From assembly GCA_000004695.1 (NCBI GenBank), contig CM000151.3, positions 1,536,001 through 1,600,000 on the forward strand: a stretch of 64,000 nt of DNA, given 5' to 3'. Origin of the DNA: Dictyostelium discoideum. Taxonomy: Eukaryota. This document shows, in pieces, positions 1 to 12,690 of this stretch. Numbering within the stretch: position 1 is the first letter of the stretch; each line of letters begins with the position of its first letter. The position numbers and the translations under genes were made by a program. The notes beneath the pieces are model-generated. The model worked only from the letters and a program-made list of their open reading frames with translations. It searched no databases and was not told the DNA's origin.

Positions 1-43
1 AGGGTCTAATATTTATATATATATATATTTTTTAAAAAAAAAG
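1..43 (+). other. 3' end of an intron in PKS copy 1; exon resumes at 44 after ...aaaaaaaaag
   Basis: Identical to the 3' part of the complete 78-bp intron seen in the paralogue (10004-10081: gtaagtat...aaaaaaaaag), which splits the KS motif DTACSS|SLNACLLGY. Downstream exon translates in frame from 44 as SLNACLLGYKSIIDGECNYSIVSGCNFIFNP. Confidence 0.6.
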
Positions 44-3000
44 GTTCATTAAATGCATGTTTATTAGGTTACAAATCAATTATTGATGGCGAATGTAATT
101 ATTCAATCGTATCGGGTTGTAATTTTATATTCAATCCAAATATTAGTAGAGGATTTACAACTATTAATATCATTGGTAAAAGTGGTAGATGTAAAGCATT
201 CGATGAATCAGCTGATGGTTTTGTACGTGCCGAAGGTGTTGCAGTGTTAATATTAAAAAAGTTATCGATGGCAATCAATGATGGTGATCAAATTTATTCA
301 ATCATTCGTGGTGGTAATTCAAATGTTGATGGTACATTAAATAAAGGTAATTTTATGAAACCATCAAAATCTGCACAATCAAATAATATCATTAAGGCAT
401 TTGAATCAACAAATGGATCCATTGGACCATCTGATATTGATTTCTTTGAATTACATGGTACTGGTACACCAACAGGCGATCCGATTGAAGTAGAAGCAGT
501 TTCAGATATTTTTAAGTCTGTCAAATCAAGTTCAAATCCATTATTAATTGGCTCAATTAAATCAAATATTGGTCATTTAGAACCAGCATCGGGTGTTGCA
601 TCATTAATGAAAATTTGTTTAATGTTTAAACATCGTCAGTTTATTAAAAACATTCATTTTAATAAACCAAATGGTGACATTAAATTTGAAGAATGGAAAG
701 TTAAAGTATGTACAGAGAATACACCATTCCCACAAAACAAACAAGTATCAATTGCAATCAATAGTTTTGGTATTACTGGTTCAAATGTTTGTTTGCTATT
801 AAGTGAATATACAAACCAATCTAATGAGGCATCACCATCTACATCATCAACATTATCGCATCAAAATGATATTAAATATTTAATACCAATTTCAGCAAAT
901 TCCAAAAAATCATTAGATGATATTAAAGAAGATTTAATTAATAATTCATCAGAATTATCAAAGAATTTACCATTTAAAGATTTTATTATAATCAAGTTTA
1001 TTCAAAATCAACAACATTAATCCAAAGATCAGTTATTTTTGCAAATGATTGGAATGATTTAAATTCAAATACTCAAATCATATCAACCAAAGGTAACATG
1101 TCTGGTAATATTGTAAAATCTGCAGGGGACGGTAATAACCAAAATGATCAAGATAATATTCTAGTGTATGTATTTTGTGGCCAAGGACCTCAATGGAATA
1201 AAATGGGCAATCAACTTTATAAAAATTCACCAAAATTCAAAGAAACAATGGATTTAATCGATTCAATACTTGAAAAACATTTTAAATACTCAATTCTATC
1301 AAAATTAAGATCAATCCAAGATGATGATAAAATTAGCATTAATGAACCAACAACGGCACAATCATCAATTTTAATGATTCAAATATCATTATTTGAATTA
1401 TATAAACATTGGGGTATTATACCAACAATCATCGTAGGTCATTCAATTGGTGAAATATCAGCAGCCTATTGTTCAGGTATGATTAACTTAGAAACAGCTT
1501 GTGAAATCATTTACAAAAGAAGTGTACTTCAAAAACAAACAGTTGGATTAGGTAAAATGTTAGCAATTGGATTAAATGAAAAACAATTTAAAGATCAATT
1601 TTCATCATCATTAAAATATTCAAATATCGAAATTTGTTGTTACAATTCACCATCATCAATTGTTGTTTGTGGTGATGAAATTGAATTAGAAAAAATATCA
1701 AATTCATTAAAAGAAAAACAAATATTTTCATTTTTATTAGGATCACCATCACCATACCATTCATCAAAACAAGAATTAATTAATGATCAGGTTTTAGAAT
1801 CAACCAGTAATATTAAATCAAACAAACCAAACATTCCAATATTTAGTACAGTAACAGGTGAATTATTCGAACTTGACCAAGACAATCAATTCAATTCTCA
1901 ATATATTTATGATAATATAAGAAATGCAGTATTATTTGAAAAAGCAATTGAAAACATTTTCAAATACATTGAAACAAATAATCTTGGTAAAAATATTCAA
2001 TTTTTAGAATTATCACCTCATCCAACATTATCACATTATTTAAAAGAGATGATAGCAGTAACAACGACAACAACATCAGATTACTTTCAACAACAATCAA
2101 TATCAGTTCTATCATCATTAACAAGAAATAAAAAGAATCAAAATCAAAATCAACAAAATGAAATGAATCAAATATTAAAATCAATTTCAGAATTATATTG
2201 TAATGGTTTTAATAATGTTAATTTTAAAAGTCAATTAAATGAACCAAGCAGAAATGAAACTATTGAATTTAAAAAAGCATCTTATTATTTACCACATTAT
2301 AAATTTGATGATGGAATTTATTTCACTCAATCACAATCATCATCAAATTATAAAAAGAATGGTTTTTCAACTAATCAATTAGGTATTCGTAATGAACAAT
2401 CACCATTTATATCATATACATCATTAATTGATATTGCAGAAGAACCATTTAGATTTTTAAAAGGTCACGCAGCAAAAGGTAAAGCATTATTTCCAGGTTG
2501 TGGTTATATTGATAATGTTTTAAGAGCATTCCCAAATAAAGATTTAACAATTAACAGTATGGAATTTAAATCACCATTACAACTATTTGAAGGAGTTAAA
2601 CAATGTTTAACCACAAACATTTATTCAAGTGGTAAAAATGAATACAGAGTTGTATTCAATTATAAAGATAATAAAACTGGTAAATGGATATTATCTGCCT
2701 ATGGTAGATTTACAATAAACAAACATAGTAGTGGTAGTAGTGGTAATATTAGTCAACCTAAAAAAGTTGATATTAATAAATATATTGAAAAATGCAATTA
2801 TACAAAAATTACAAAAAAAGATATTTATGAAGGTGTTAAATTAAAATTACAATTACATTTAACAGGACCATTCCAAATTATTGAAGAGGCATCATATGGT
2901 GACAGTCGTGGATTCTATAAAGTATCATTAAAGGATCCAATATCGAGTTATGACAATCAATTATTTTTAAATGTTTGTATACTTGATGCTTGTTTTCATT

Positions 3001-6000
3001 CAATGGCAACGGGTAAAGATAATCAAAATTTAACATTATTCGATAAGGTAGTGAATGGTCAGTTCTATTTCGATAATATTCCAAAATCAGCAATAGAAAG
3101 AGAACAATACCAATATTTATATTGTTATTCTAGATTAATTGCTCAAGTTGGTGATTCACTTTTCGCTAAAATTGTATTAATGTTACCAGATGGAACTGTA
3201 CTATTTAAAACACCATGTGCAGTTTACACTGAAATTAATTCAACAAATAATCAATATAAATTAGAATATCCAAATAATAATTTATATTCAATTGAAAAGC
3301 AATTAATTGATTCTCAATTAAACTCACCATTAATTCAATTTAATCAAATTATTAATTCTTTAGAAAATAATAATAATAATACATACCAATCATTAATTTT
3401 ATTTTATTTATATTCAATTATTAAAAATAATAATAATAATGATTTAACATTAGAAATAATAAATGAAAGTTCAACCGATCAATTAGTTAAAAGTTATTTT
3501 AAAATTAGTGATGATGAAAATGATATAGGAATAATTAATTTATTAAAATCAATATTTGAAATTTTAAAATCAAATATTAATACTTTATTCAAATGTAACA
3601 ATAGTGAAGTAAATAATAAATTAGAAATTAATCAAAAAGATAGTGAAACAATTAATGAATTGATCAAGTTTTTAGTGAATAATAATAAAGAACAACAAGA
3701 ACAACAATTATATACTCCTTATATAAAACAAAATGATATTATTAAAGATATTATAACAAATTCAGTTAAACCAATTTTAAATGAAAAAATTAAATTTAGA
3801 ATATTAGAGATTGGTTGTGGTATTGGTTTATTATCAGAAATCATTATCAATCAAATAAATTTATTATTTAAAGAGAATCCATTATCAGAAATTAGTATCG
3901 AATTCACTTATTCAGATTCAACATTTATACAAGCTGTTAAAGATAAAATTCAACAAATGATTCCAGAATCAACATTATTATCATTTAAAACTTTATTTAA
4001 TACAATTAATGTAAATGAAGATTTATTAGATCAAAATTTCAAACCATCTTATTATGATATTATTATTGTTAATGGTGTTAATTATTTAAATAAAGATAAA
4101 CAACTCAATTCAACAATCAACAATATTAATCAAATTTTAATTTCAAATGGTTATTTAATTATAATGGATACACATTATAAATCAAAAGTAGTCGATAAAC
4201 AAATTGAATTATATGAACAATGGTTATCATTTAATTTTAAATCAAAAAACAACAACAATAATAATAGTTTAACAAATGAACAATGGAATAATTTATTAGT
4301 TAATAAATTAAAATTTAAAGAATTCATATCAACATCATATGAACCATATTTATTAATTGTTCAAAAACCAACAATTGATGAAATCGTATTATCGACTCCA
4401 CAAAATATATCAAAGTTAATATCATCATATGATCAAATTATTAAATTTGATTCAAATTTAGGTCACAAAGATAATATAATTTCAGATATGCTAAACGATG
4501 GTAGTTTTGGTCTTTTAAGAATTACATCAATTGAAGAATTTGAAAAACATGTTGAAGCAAATCCATTGACAGATAGTTCGTTAATTCTTTTCTTTAGTTC
4601 AGTTAACGATTTAAATGAAATTAATTTTAATGAAATTACATTTGAATATATTAAAATCAACCAACATTTATTAAAAACCAAATGTAAATGTAAACATATA
4701 TTAGTTTCAAAGAATTCTCAAACATCTGCTGACGATGAAAATACATGTTCAAACTATTTAGGTACTTCAGTAATTGGTGCATTTAAATACTTTACCGAAT
4801 TTATAGATTTAAATATTTATGCAATTGATTATGGTTCAGATATTTATGAAATTAATTTAAATGATTTAATACTTCATAATGAATTAACAAATCCTTTAAA
4901 ACATATACAAAGAGAATATATTATAAGAGATAATAAAATATATTATGAATTTATAAAGTTAGAATCAAATATTAAAATGAAATATAAATCAAATTCATTC
5001 ATTCAAGATACAAATCAATTAGTATCAAAGATTGTTCCTCAAACATTAGAATTTAAATTATTAGCAAAAAGAGAATTAAAAGAAGATGAAGTCGAAGTTA
5101 AGGTTTTAGCAAGTGGTATTAATTTTAAAGACAATTTAATCTATCGTGGTTTAGTACCAAAAGAAGCAACAAATGAAATAGGTGACTCAACTGATCCACA
5201 AATTGGTTTCGAATGTTCAGGTATTATCACTAGAATTGGTAAAAAAGTAAATAAATTTAAAATTGGTGATTCAGTATTAGGTACTTGTTTTCATACAATG
5301 GCATCACATGTAAATTCAAATCAAGACAGATTTGTATTAAAACCAGATTGTTTATCATATGTCGAAGCTGCTTCAATTCCATTGGTTTATATCACATCAT
5401 ATTATTCATTATTGGTTCAAGGTGGTCTAAATTTAGAAAGAAATGATGAAGAGACTGTTTTAATTCATTCAGGTACAGGTGGTATAGGTTTAGCAGCAAT
5501 TGAAATATTAAAAGCAATTGGATTTAAATCATTATTATTCGTTACAGTTGGTTCAAAAGAAAAAGAACAATTTTTAAGAGATAGATATGGTTCATTTATA
5601 ACTGAAATTTATTCAACTAGAAACATTGACTATGTTAAAGATATAAAAAAGAAAATTAAAGAAATTAAAAAAGGTAAAGGTAAATTACTCACTCAATATG
5701 GTACATTATCATATGGAGTTGATTTAATTTTAAATACTTTATCAATTGAATTTATGGAATCAAATTTTTTACTTTTAAATCAAGGTGGTCGTATCGTTGA
5801 TTTATCAATCACCCATTTATCAACAACTGAAACAACTGATTATAATAAATTTAAATATTTCGTTGGTTATTCAACTGTTGAAGTAGTATCATTAGGTTTC
5901 TCAAAAGTTAAAGACTCACTTCAAATTGTTGTCAATATGATTAAAGATGGAAAATTAAAATTATTACCAATTATTGAATATCCAGTTAGTGAAATTAAAA

Positions 6001-8549
6001 ATGCAGTAGAGTATATTAGTGAAAGAAAACATATTGGTAAAATCGTTGTAAATTTTCAAACTACAAAAGATTTAGTACAAGATATAATTATTAAATCAAA
6101 TAATTCATTTGAAAATAATTATCTATTCCAATCACCTCAATACAATTTAAATAATACAACATTTGGTAATACTATATTAATTACTGGTCAAAAAGGATTA
6201 TCATTAACAATTATTAAATGGATATTATATTATTATCCAAATCAAGATAATAATACCAATAATAGTTTTATTAAAGATATAATAGTTTTATCAAAATCAA
6301 CAATTAATTATGAATTAGAAATTGAAATTGGAAGAGCAAGAAAAAAAGGATTAAAAACAAATATTCATTTTAAACAAGTTGATATTTCAAACAAAAATCA
6401 ATTATTCGAATCAATTGATGAATTATATAAATCAAATAAAGAATTAAAACCAATTGAAACTATATTCCATAATGCATTCGTACCAGTACAATCAGAACCT
6501 GAAGATATTGATTTACAACAATTAGTTGATTCACATGGTGCAAAAATAATTGGCGCAACCAATTTATATGATTATATTACATCAAAAGCTATGGTATTAA
6601 AGAACTATATAATTTCAGCATCAGCAACTTCTATAATGGGTTCAACAAGACAATGTGGTTATTGTTGTGCAAATGCAGTAATTGATTCATTCTCGAAATA
6701 TTTAAGAAGAAAAGGAATTCAATGTTTTTCACTAAAATATTCTCCAATTGAACAAAGTGGATATGTTGCAAGAAATGAATCTGTTGAAAAGCTATTAGCT
6801 TCAACTGGTTTAAATTCAATTTCAATTGGTACAGTTTTAGGTTCAATCGATTTAGCATTACAAAATCAAGATCAACTTAATAATAAATGTATTGTAGGTT
6901 TTGATTTCAAATTATTTTCTAAAAGACCAAATCATCTTCGATATATATTAGATTTCTACACCAATCAATATCAATCAAATAATGATGAATCTAATGATAA
7001 TGACGAATTTTCAATCAAAGATCAAATTTTAAACAAATTTTCAGAGTTATTACAAATTGAAGTTTCAAAGATTAATTTAGATATTAAAATGGTCGACTAT
7101 GGATTAGATTCATTAACAGTTGTAAATTTAAAAACATACTTGGATCAACAATTTTCATTTGGTCCAAATGTTTTATCAATTTCTCAAATTCAAAAAATTA
7201 CAATTGATCAATTATTGAATATTGTAAAAAATGAATTAAATAAAAAATCGAATTATAAAAATAATAATAATAATAAGAAATCAAATCAAAATAAACACAA
7301 ACAAATAATAGGTTCAACAATTAAGTGGGAAAATGAAATAAAATTAGATGATTCAATAATAGTAGATTTAAATGAAGATCAAATTAAAAATTATGAAAAC
7401 AATATTAATAATGAAAATGAAAATATTGTATTATTAACAGATGCAACCAGTTTTATTGGTATTTATTTATTATATGATTTAATAATTTTAGGAAATTATA
7501 AAAATGTTTATTGTTTATTAAATAATAACAATTCAAAAGAAGAAGGATTTAAAACAATCATTCAACTATTAAAAGAATACAAATTATTTGATAAATTAAC
7601 AAATGATCAAATTAATAAAATTGAAATTGTATGTGGTCACTACTCAAAAGAACAGTTTGGAATATCAAATGAAGATTATAATAACTTATCAAATCAAGTT
7701 AATATTATTTTAAATTGTGCAACTGATAGAAATTTAAATAAAAAGTATGAAGAATTTAATGAACAATTAGAAGGTATAAACCAATTTGTTAAATTTTCAT
7801 TCAATAATAAAATTAAGAAATTATTTCATTTATCAGCAATCGGGGTATACCAAGAAGATCCAAATACTGATGATGATTATTATTTACCACCATTGGAATC
7901 AATTGATAATATTAAATCTGGATATTTACAAAATAGAATTGTTCAAGAATATCGTTTAAGAAATGCAAATAAAATTCATGGATTACCAATAATGATAATT
8001 AGATTACCATTTTTATTCTCTGATGATAGTACAGGTATTGGTAGAGATAATGATGTAATTATGCTATTATTACAATCATGTTATATAATGAATACATGGC
8101 CATCAGATTTAGAGAATCAATTATTAAATTTAATACCTGTAACATTTGCAAGCAAATCAATATCATCAATTATTTCATCATTAAATGTTTGGAATCAATG
8201 CAAATCATTATCACCAATTAATAATTTAATTACATTTAATTTAGTTACAAATCAAATTTGTTTAGGTACCATTATGAATCAATTATCAAATGATCTTGGT
8301 TGGCGTAAAATTTCAACATTACAATTCATTAAAAAATTAGATATTTATGATAATGAATCTTGTAAAACATTATCATCTTTTATAAATAAAAAACTTTTCT
8401 TTAGTTTCTTATCTGTTGATGGTCAGTATAATTTTAATCAAGTTGTCAAAAATGAATTAATTTCAAATAATATATTTAATGGTTATAATGTTGATAAAAA
8501 TTCAATAATCAAACATTTAAGTTATACTTTTAAAAAGAAAATATTTTAA
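44..8549 (+). CDS. Type I iterative polyketide synthase, 3' part (5' end lies upstream of the window). Contains a 1-bp frameshift near 987, so it may be a pseudogene or carry a sequencing error
   Basis: KS C-terminal half (ELHGTGTPTGDPIE, GSIKSNIGHLEPASG) reads in frame 1 up to ~987, then continues in frame 0 to the stop at 8547-8549. Approximate domain positions: AT GHSIGEISAAYCSG ~1437; DH HAAKGKALFPGCGY ~2460; C-MeT LEIGCGIGLLSE ~3816; ER LIHSGTGGIGLAAIEIL ~5460; KR ILITGQKGLSL ~6175; ACP DYGLDSLTV ~7087; terminal NAD(P)-reductase (R) domain LLTDATSFIGIYLL ~7430-8540. The frameshift is a missing T in gattttatt(t)ataatc relative to copy 2 (11011-11030). Confidence 0.75.
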
Positions 8550-11500
8550 ATTAAATATTAATAAATATTATTAAAAAATAAAAAACAAACTTTAAAATGT
8601 TTAAAATATTATCCGTATCTTCATTTTTTTTTTTTTTTTGAATCAGATAATGCAATTGTTGCTTCTCCTTAAGATATTTGTTCTCATTTTATTTAAGAGT
8701 TTATAATTCGATAGGCCTTAATTTTTATACATCCTTAAGATGCTGTTTTTTTTTTTTTTGTCTTTAATTTATACATAATAAATTAAAAAAAAAAAAATTA
8801 AAAAAAATAATATATTCGAACTACACTGTTATCAGTCTAAAATAATCCAATTTCTAAACACAAAATATCATTTTGTGTGTGAGATTTTAAATAGATTTTT
8901 TTTTGGGTCGAAATGATAATAGTTTTTTTAAAAAAAAGGTGTTAAAAAAAAAGAATCCGTTTTTTTTGAAAAGATTTTTTTTTTTTAAAAAAAGGTGGTG
9001 TAAAAAAAAAAAGAATTTTTTATTTGTTTTATTGTAATATAATCTTTTTTGCAAATAAGATTTTTTTTTTTAAGAAAAAAAAAAAAGATTTTTCTGGTGA
9101 GGCAAACGTCAAAAAAATTACTTTCACTTTAATTATTAGTTAGTTTTTTTTTTTATATCTGCAAATTAAATAATCTTTTATCAAGTAACACTAATAATTG
9201 CACTTTTTTTAAATCTTCAAAAAAAAATTTTAATCTCTTTCAAAGATTAATAAACAATCACTTTTTATTGTAAGTGTCTTTTGAAAAAAAAAAAAAAAAA
9301 AAAAAAAGAAAAATCTATTTTCATTTAATAAAAAAATAAAATAATTTATTTTCATTCTATTAAACAAAAAAACTATTCTATTTTAAATATTATTATTAAT
9401 TAAATTTAATATTTATTTTTAATTAATTATTTGTTTTTTTTTTTTTCCCATATATATAATGGATATTAAATTAAAAAATAATGATAAATATAGTGACAGA
9501 GATGTTGCGATAATTGGTATTGGCTTTAGATTACCAGGTAATAGTAATCGTGGAACAGAATTATGGCAAAATTTATTGAATGGATTTGATGGTATCGTTG
9601 AAACATCTGATAGATGGTCAGATTCTTTTAAAGATTTAGGTGAAATTCATTGTAAAGATGCTGGTTTAGTAGAGTTGGAGGATTGGGAGTCCTTTGATCC
9701 AATTCATTTTGGTATTAATCCTGCCGAAGCTAAACAAATTGATCCACAACAAAAACTATTATTAAAATCAACATGGGAAGCTTTTGAAGATGCTGGAATT
9801 GATCCATTATCATTACGTGGTACATATACAAGTGTATTCGTTGGTGCATCTGCTTCTGATTACTCAACATCGATGCCAGAGAATTATGAAAAGCCAAACT
9901 TTAATGTTTTCAATTCAACAACTGGTAGTATTGCAAATAGAATATCATATTGTTTTGATTTTCGAGGTCCATCATTAACTGTCGATACTGCATGTTCAAG
10001 TAAGTATTTCTTTTTTTTTTTTCTTTTTTAAAAAGGAAAGGGTCTAATATTTATATATATATATATTTTTTAAAAAAAAAGGTTCATTAAATGCATGTTT
10101 ATTAGGTTACAAATCAATTATTAATGGAGAGTGTAATTATTCAATCGTATCAGGTTGTAATTTTATATTCAATCCCCATATTAGTAGAGGATTTACAACT
10201 ATTAATATCATTGGTAAAAGTGGTAGATGTAAAGCATTCGATGAATCAGCTGATGGTTTTGTACGTGCCGAAGGTGTTGCAGTGTTAATATTAAAAAAGT
10301 TATCAATGGCAATCAATGATGGTGATCAAATTTATTCAATCATTCGTGGTGGTAATTCAAATGTTGATGGTACATTAAATAAAGGTAATTTTATGAAACC
10401 ATCAAAATCTGCACAATCAAATAATATCATTAAAGCATTTGAATCAACAAATGGATCCATTCAACCATCCGATATTGATTTCTTTGAATTACATGGTACT
10501 GGTACACCAACAGGCGATCCGATTGAAGTAGAAGCAGTTTCAGATATTTTTAAGTCTGTCAAATTAAGTTCAAATCCATTATTAATTGGCTCAATTAAAT
10601 CAAATATTGGTCATTTAGAACCAGCATCGGGTGTTGCATCATTAATGAAAATTTGTTTAATGTTTAAACATCGTCAGTTTATTAAAAACATTCATTTTAA
10701 TAAACCAAATGGTGACATTAAATTTGAAGAATGGAAAGTTAAAGTAAGTACAGAGAATACACCATTCCCACAAAACAAACAAGTATCAATTGCAATCAAT
10801 AGTTTTGGTATTACTGGTTCAAATGTTTGTTTGCTATTAAGTGAATATACAAACCAATCTAATGACGCACTTACCATAACATCATCAACATCACCAACAT
10901 TATCAAATGATTTTAAATATTTAATACCAATTTCAGCAAATTCCAAAAAATCATTAGACGATATTAAAGAAGAGTTAATTAATAATTCATCAGAATTATC
11001 AAAGAATTTACCATTTAAAGATTTTATTTATAATCAAATTTATTCAAAATCAACAACATTAATCCAAAGATCAGTTATTTTTGCAAATGATTGGAATGAT
11101 TTAAATTCAAATACTCAAATCATATCAACCAAAGGTAACATGTCTGGCAATTTTGTAAAATCTGCCGAGGATGGTGGTAACCAAAATGATCAAAGCAATG
11201 ATAATATTCTTGTTTTTGTATTTTGTGGCCAAGGACCTCAATGGAATAAAATGGGCAATGAGCTTTATAAAAACTCACCAAAATTCAGAGAAACAATGGA
11301 TTTAATCGATTCAATTTTTGAAAAACATTTTAAATACTCAATTCTATCAAAATTAAGATCAATCCAAGATGATGATAAAATTAGCATTAATGAACCAACA
11401 ATGGCACAATCATCGATTTTAATGATTCAAATATCATTATTTGAATTATATAAACATTGGGGTATTATACCAACAATCATTATAGGTCATTCACTTGGTG

Positions 11501-12023
11501 AAATATCAGCAGCCTATTGTTCAGGTATGATTAACTTAGAAACAGCATGTGAAATCATTTACAAAAGAAGTACACTTCAAAAACAAACAGTTGGATTAGG
11601 TAAAATGTTAGCAATTGGATTAAATGAAAAACAATTTAAAGATCAATTTTCATCATCATCAAATGTTGAAATCGTTTGTTACAATTCACCATCATCAATT
11701 GTTGTTTGTGGTGATGGAATTGAATTAGAAAAAATATCAAATTCATTAAAAGAAAAACAAATATTTTCATTTTTATTAGAATCACCATCACCATACCATT
11801 CATCAAAACAAGAATTAATTAAAGATCAAGTTTTAGAATCAACCAATAATATTAAATCAAACAAACCAAACATTCCAATATTTAGCACAGTAACAGGTGA
11901 ATTATTCAAACTTGGCCAAGACAATCAATTTAATTCTCAATACATATATGAAAATACTAGAAATGCAGTATTATTTGAAAAAGCAATTGAAAACATTTTC
12001 AAATACATTGAAACAAATAATCT

Positions 12024-12159
12024 TGGTAAAAATATTCAATTGGTAAAAATATTCAATTGGTAAAAATATTCAATTGGTAAAAATATTCAATTGGTAAAAA
12101 TATTCAATTGGTAAAAATATTCAATTGGTAAAAATATTCAATTGGTAAAAATATTCAAT
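12024..12159. repeat. Perfect 8x tandem repeat of the 17-bp unit tggtaaaaatattcaat at the PKS copy-2 rearrangement breakpoint
   Basis: Units begin at 12024, 12041, 12058, 12075, 12092, 12109, 12126 and 12143 with no mismatches. The unit is single-copy in copy 1 (1984-2000, cttggtaaaaatattcaat). It introduces the stop that ends ORF 10282..12063. Confidence 0.9.
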
Positions 12160-12160
12160 A

Positions 12161-12690
12161 TTGTAAATTTACCATGTGCAGATAATATCCATTTACCAGT
12201 TTTATTATCTTTATAATTGAATACAACTCTATATTCATTTTTACCACTTGAATAAATGTTTGTGGTTAAACATTGTTTAATTCCTTCGATTAATTGTAAT
12301 GGTGATTTAAATTCCATACTATGAATTGTTAAATCTTGGTTTGGGAATGCTCTTAAAACATTATCAATATAACCACAACCTGGAAATAATGCTTTACCTT
12401 TTGCTGCGTGACCTTTTAAAAATCTAAATGGTTCTTCTGCAATATCAATATATGATGTATATGATATAAATGGTGATTGTTCATTACGAATACCAAGTTG
12501 ATTAGTTGAAAAACCATTCTTTTTATAATTAAATACCGATTGTGATTGAGTGAAATAAATTCCATCATCAAATTTATAATGTGGTAAATAATAAGATGCT
12601 TTTTTAAATTGAATAGTTTCATTTCTGCTTGGTTCATTTAATTGACTTTTAAAATTAACATTATTAAAATGACAATTTTCATATATGTAT
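12161..12690 (-). other. Inverted fragment of the PKS DH-domain region embedded in copy 2
   Basis: attgtaaatttaccatgtgcagataatatccatttaccagttttattatc is the reverse complement of copy-1 2671-2720. The fragment end ttgacttttaaaattaacattattaaaa is the reverse complement of copy-1 ~2207-2234. Confidence 0.8.

Noticed and set aside
12024-12159. Possible CRISPR-like array or satellite function for the 17-bp repeats
   Set aside because: This is a eukaryotic genome. The repeats are directly tandem with no spacers, and the unit is a duplication of coding sequence present once in the paralogue, so it is a slippage-type expansion at a rearrangement junction.
12416-12637. Minus-strand ORF of 73 aa within the inverted DH fragment
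   Set aside because: Its translation (MNQAEMKLFNLKKHL...) is not the DH frame. It is an out-of-frame chance ORF in a relocated pseudogene fragment.
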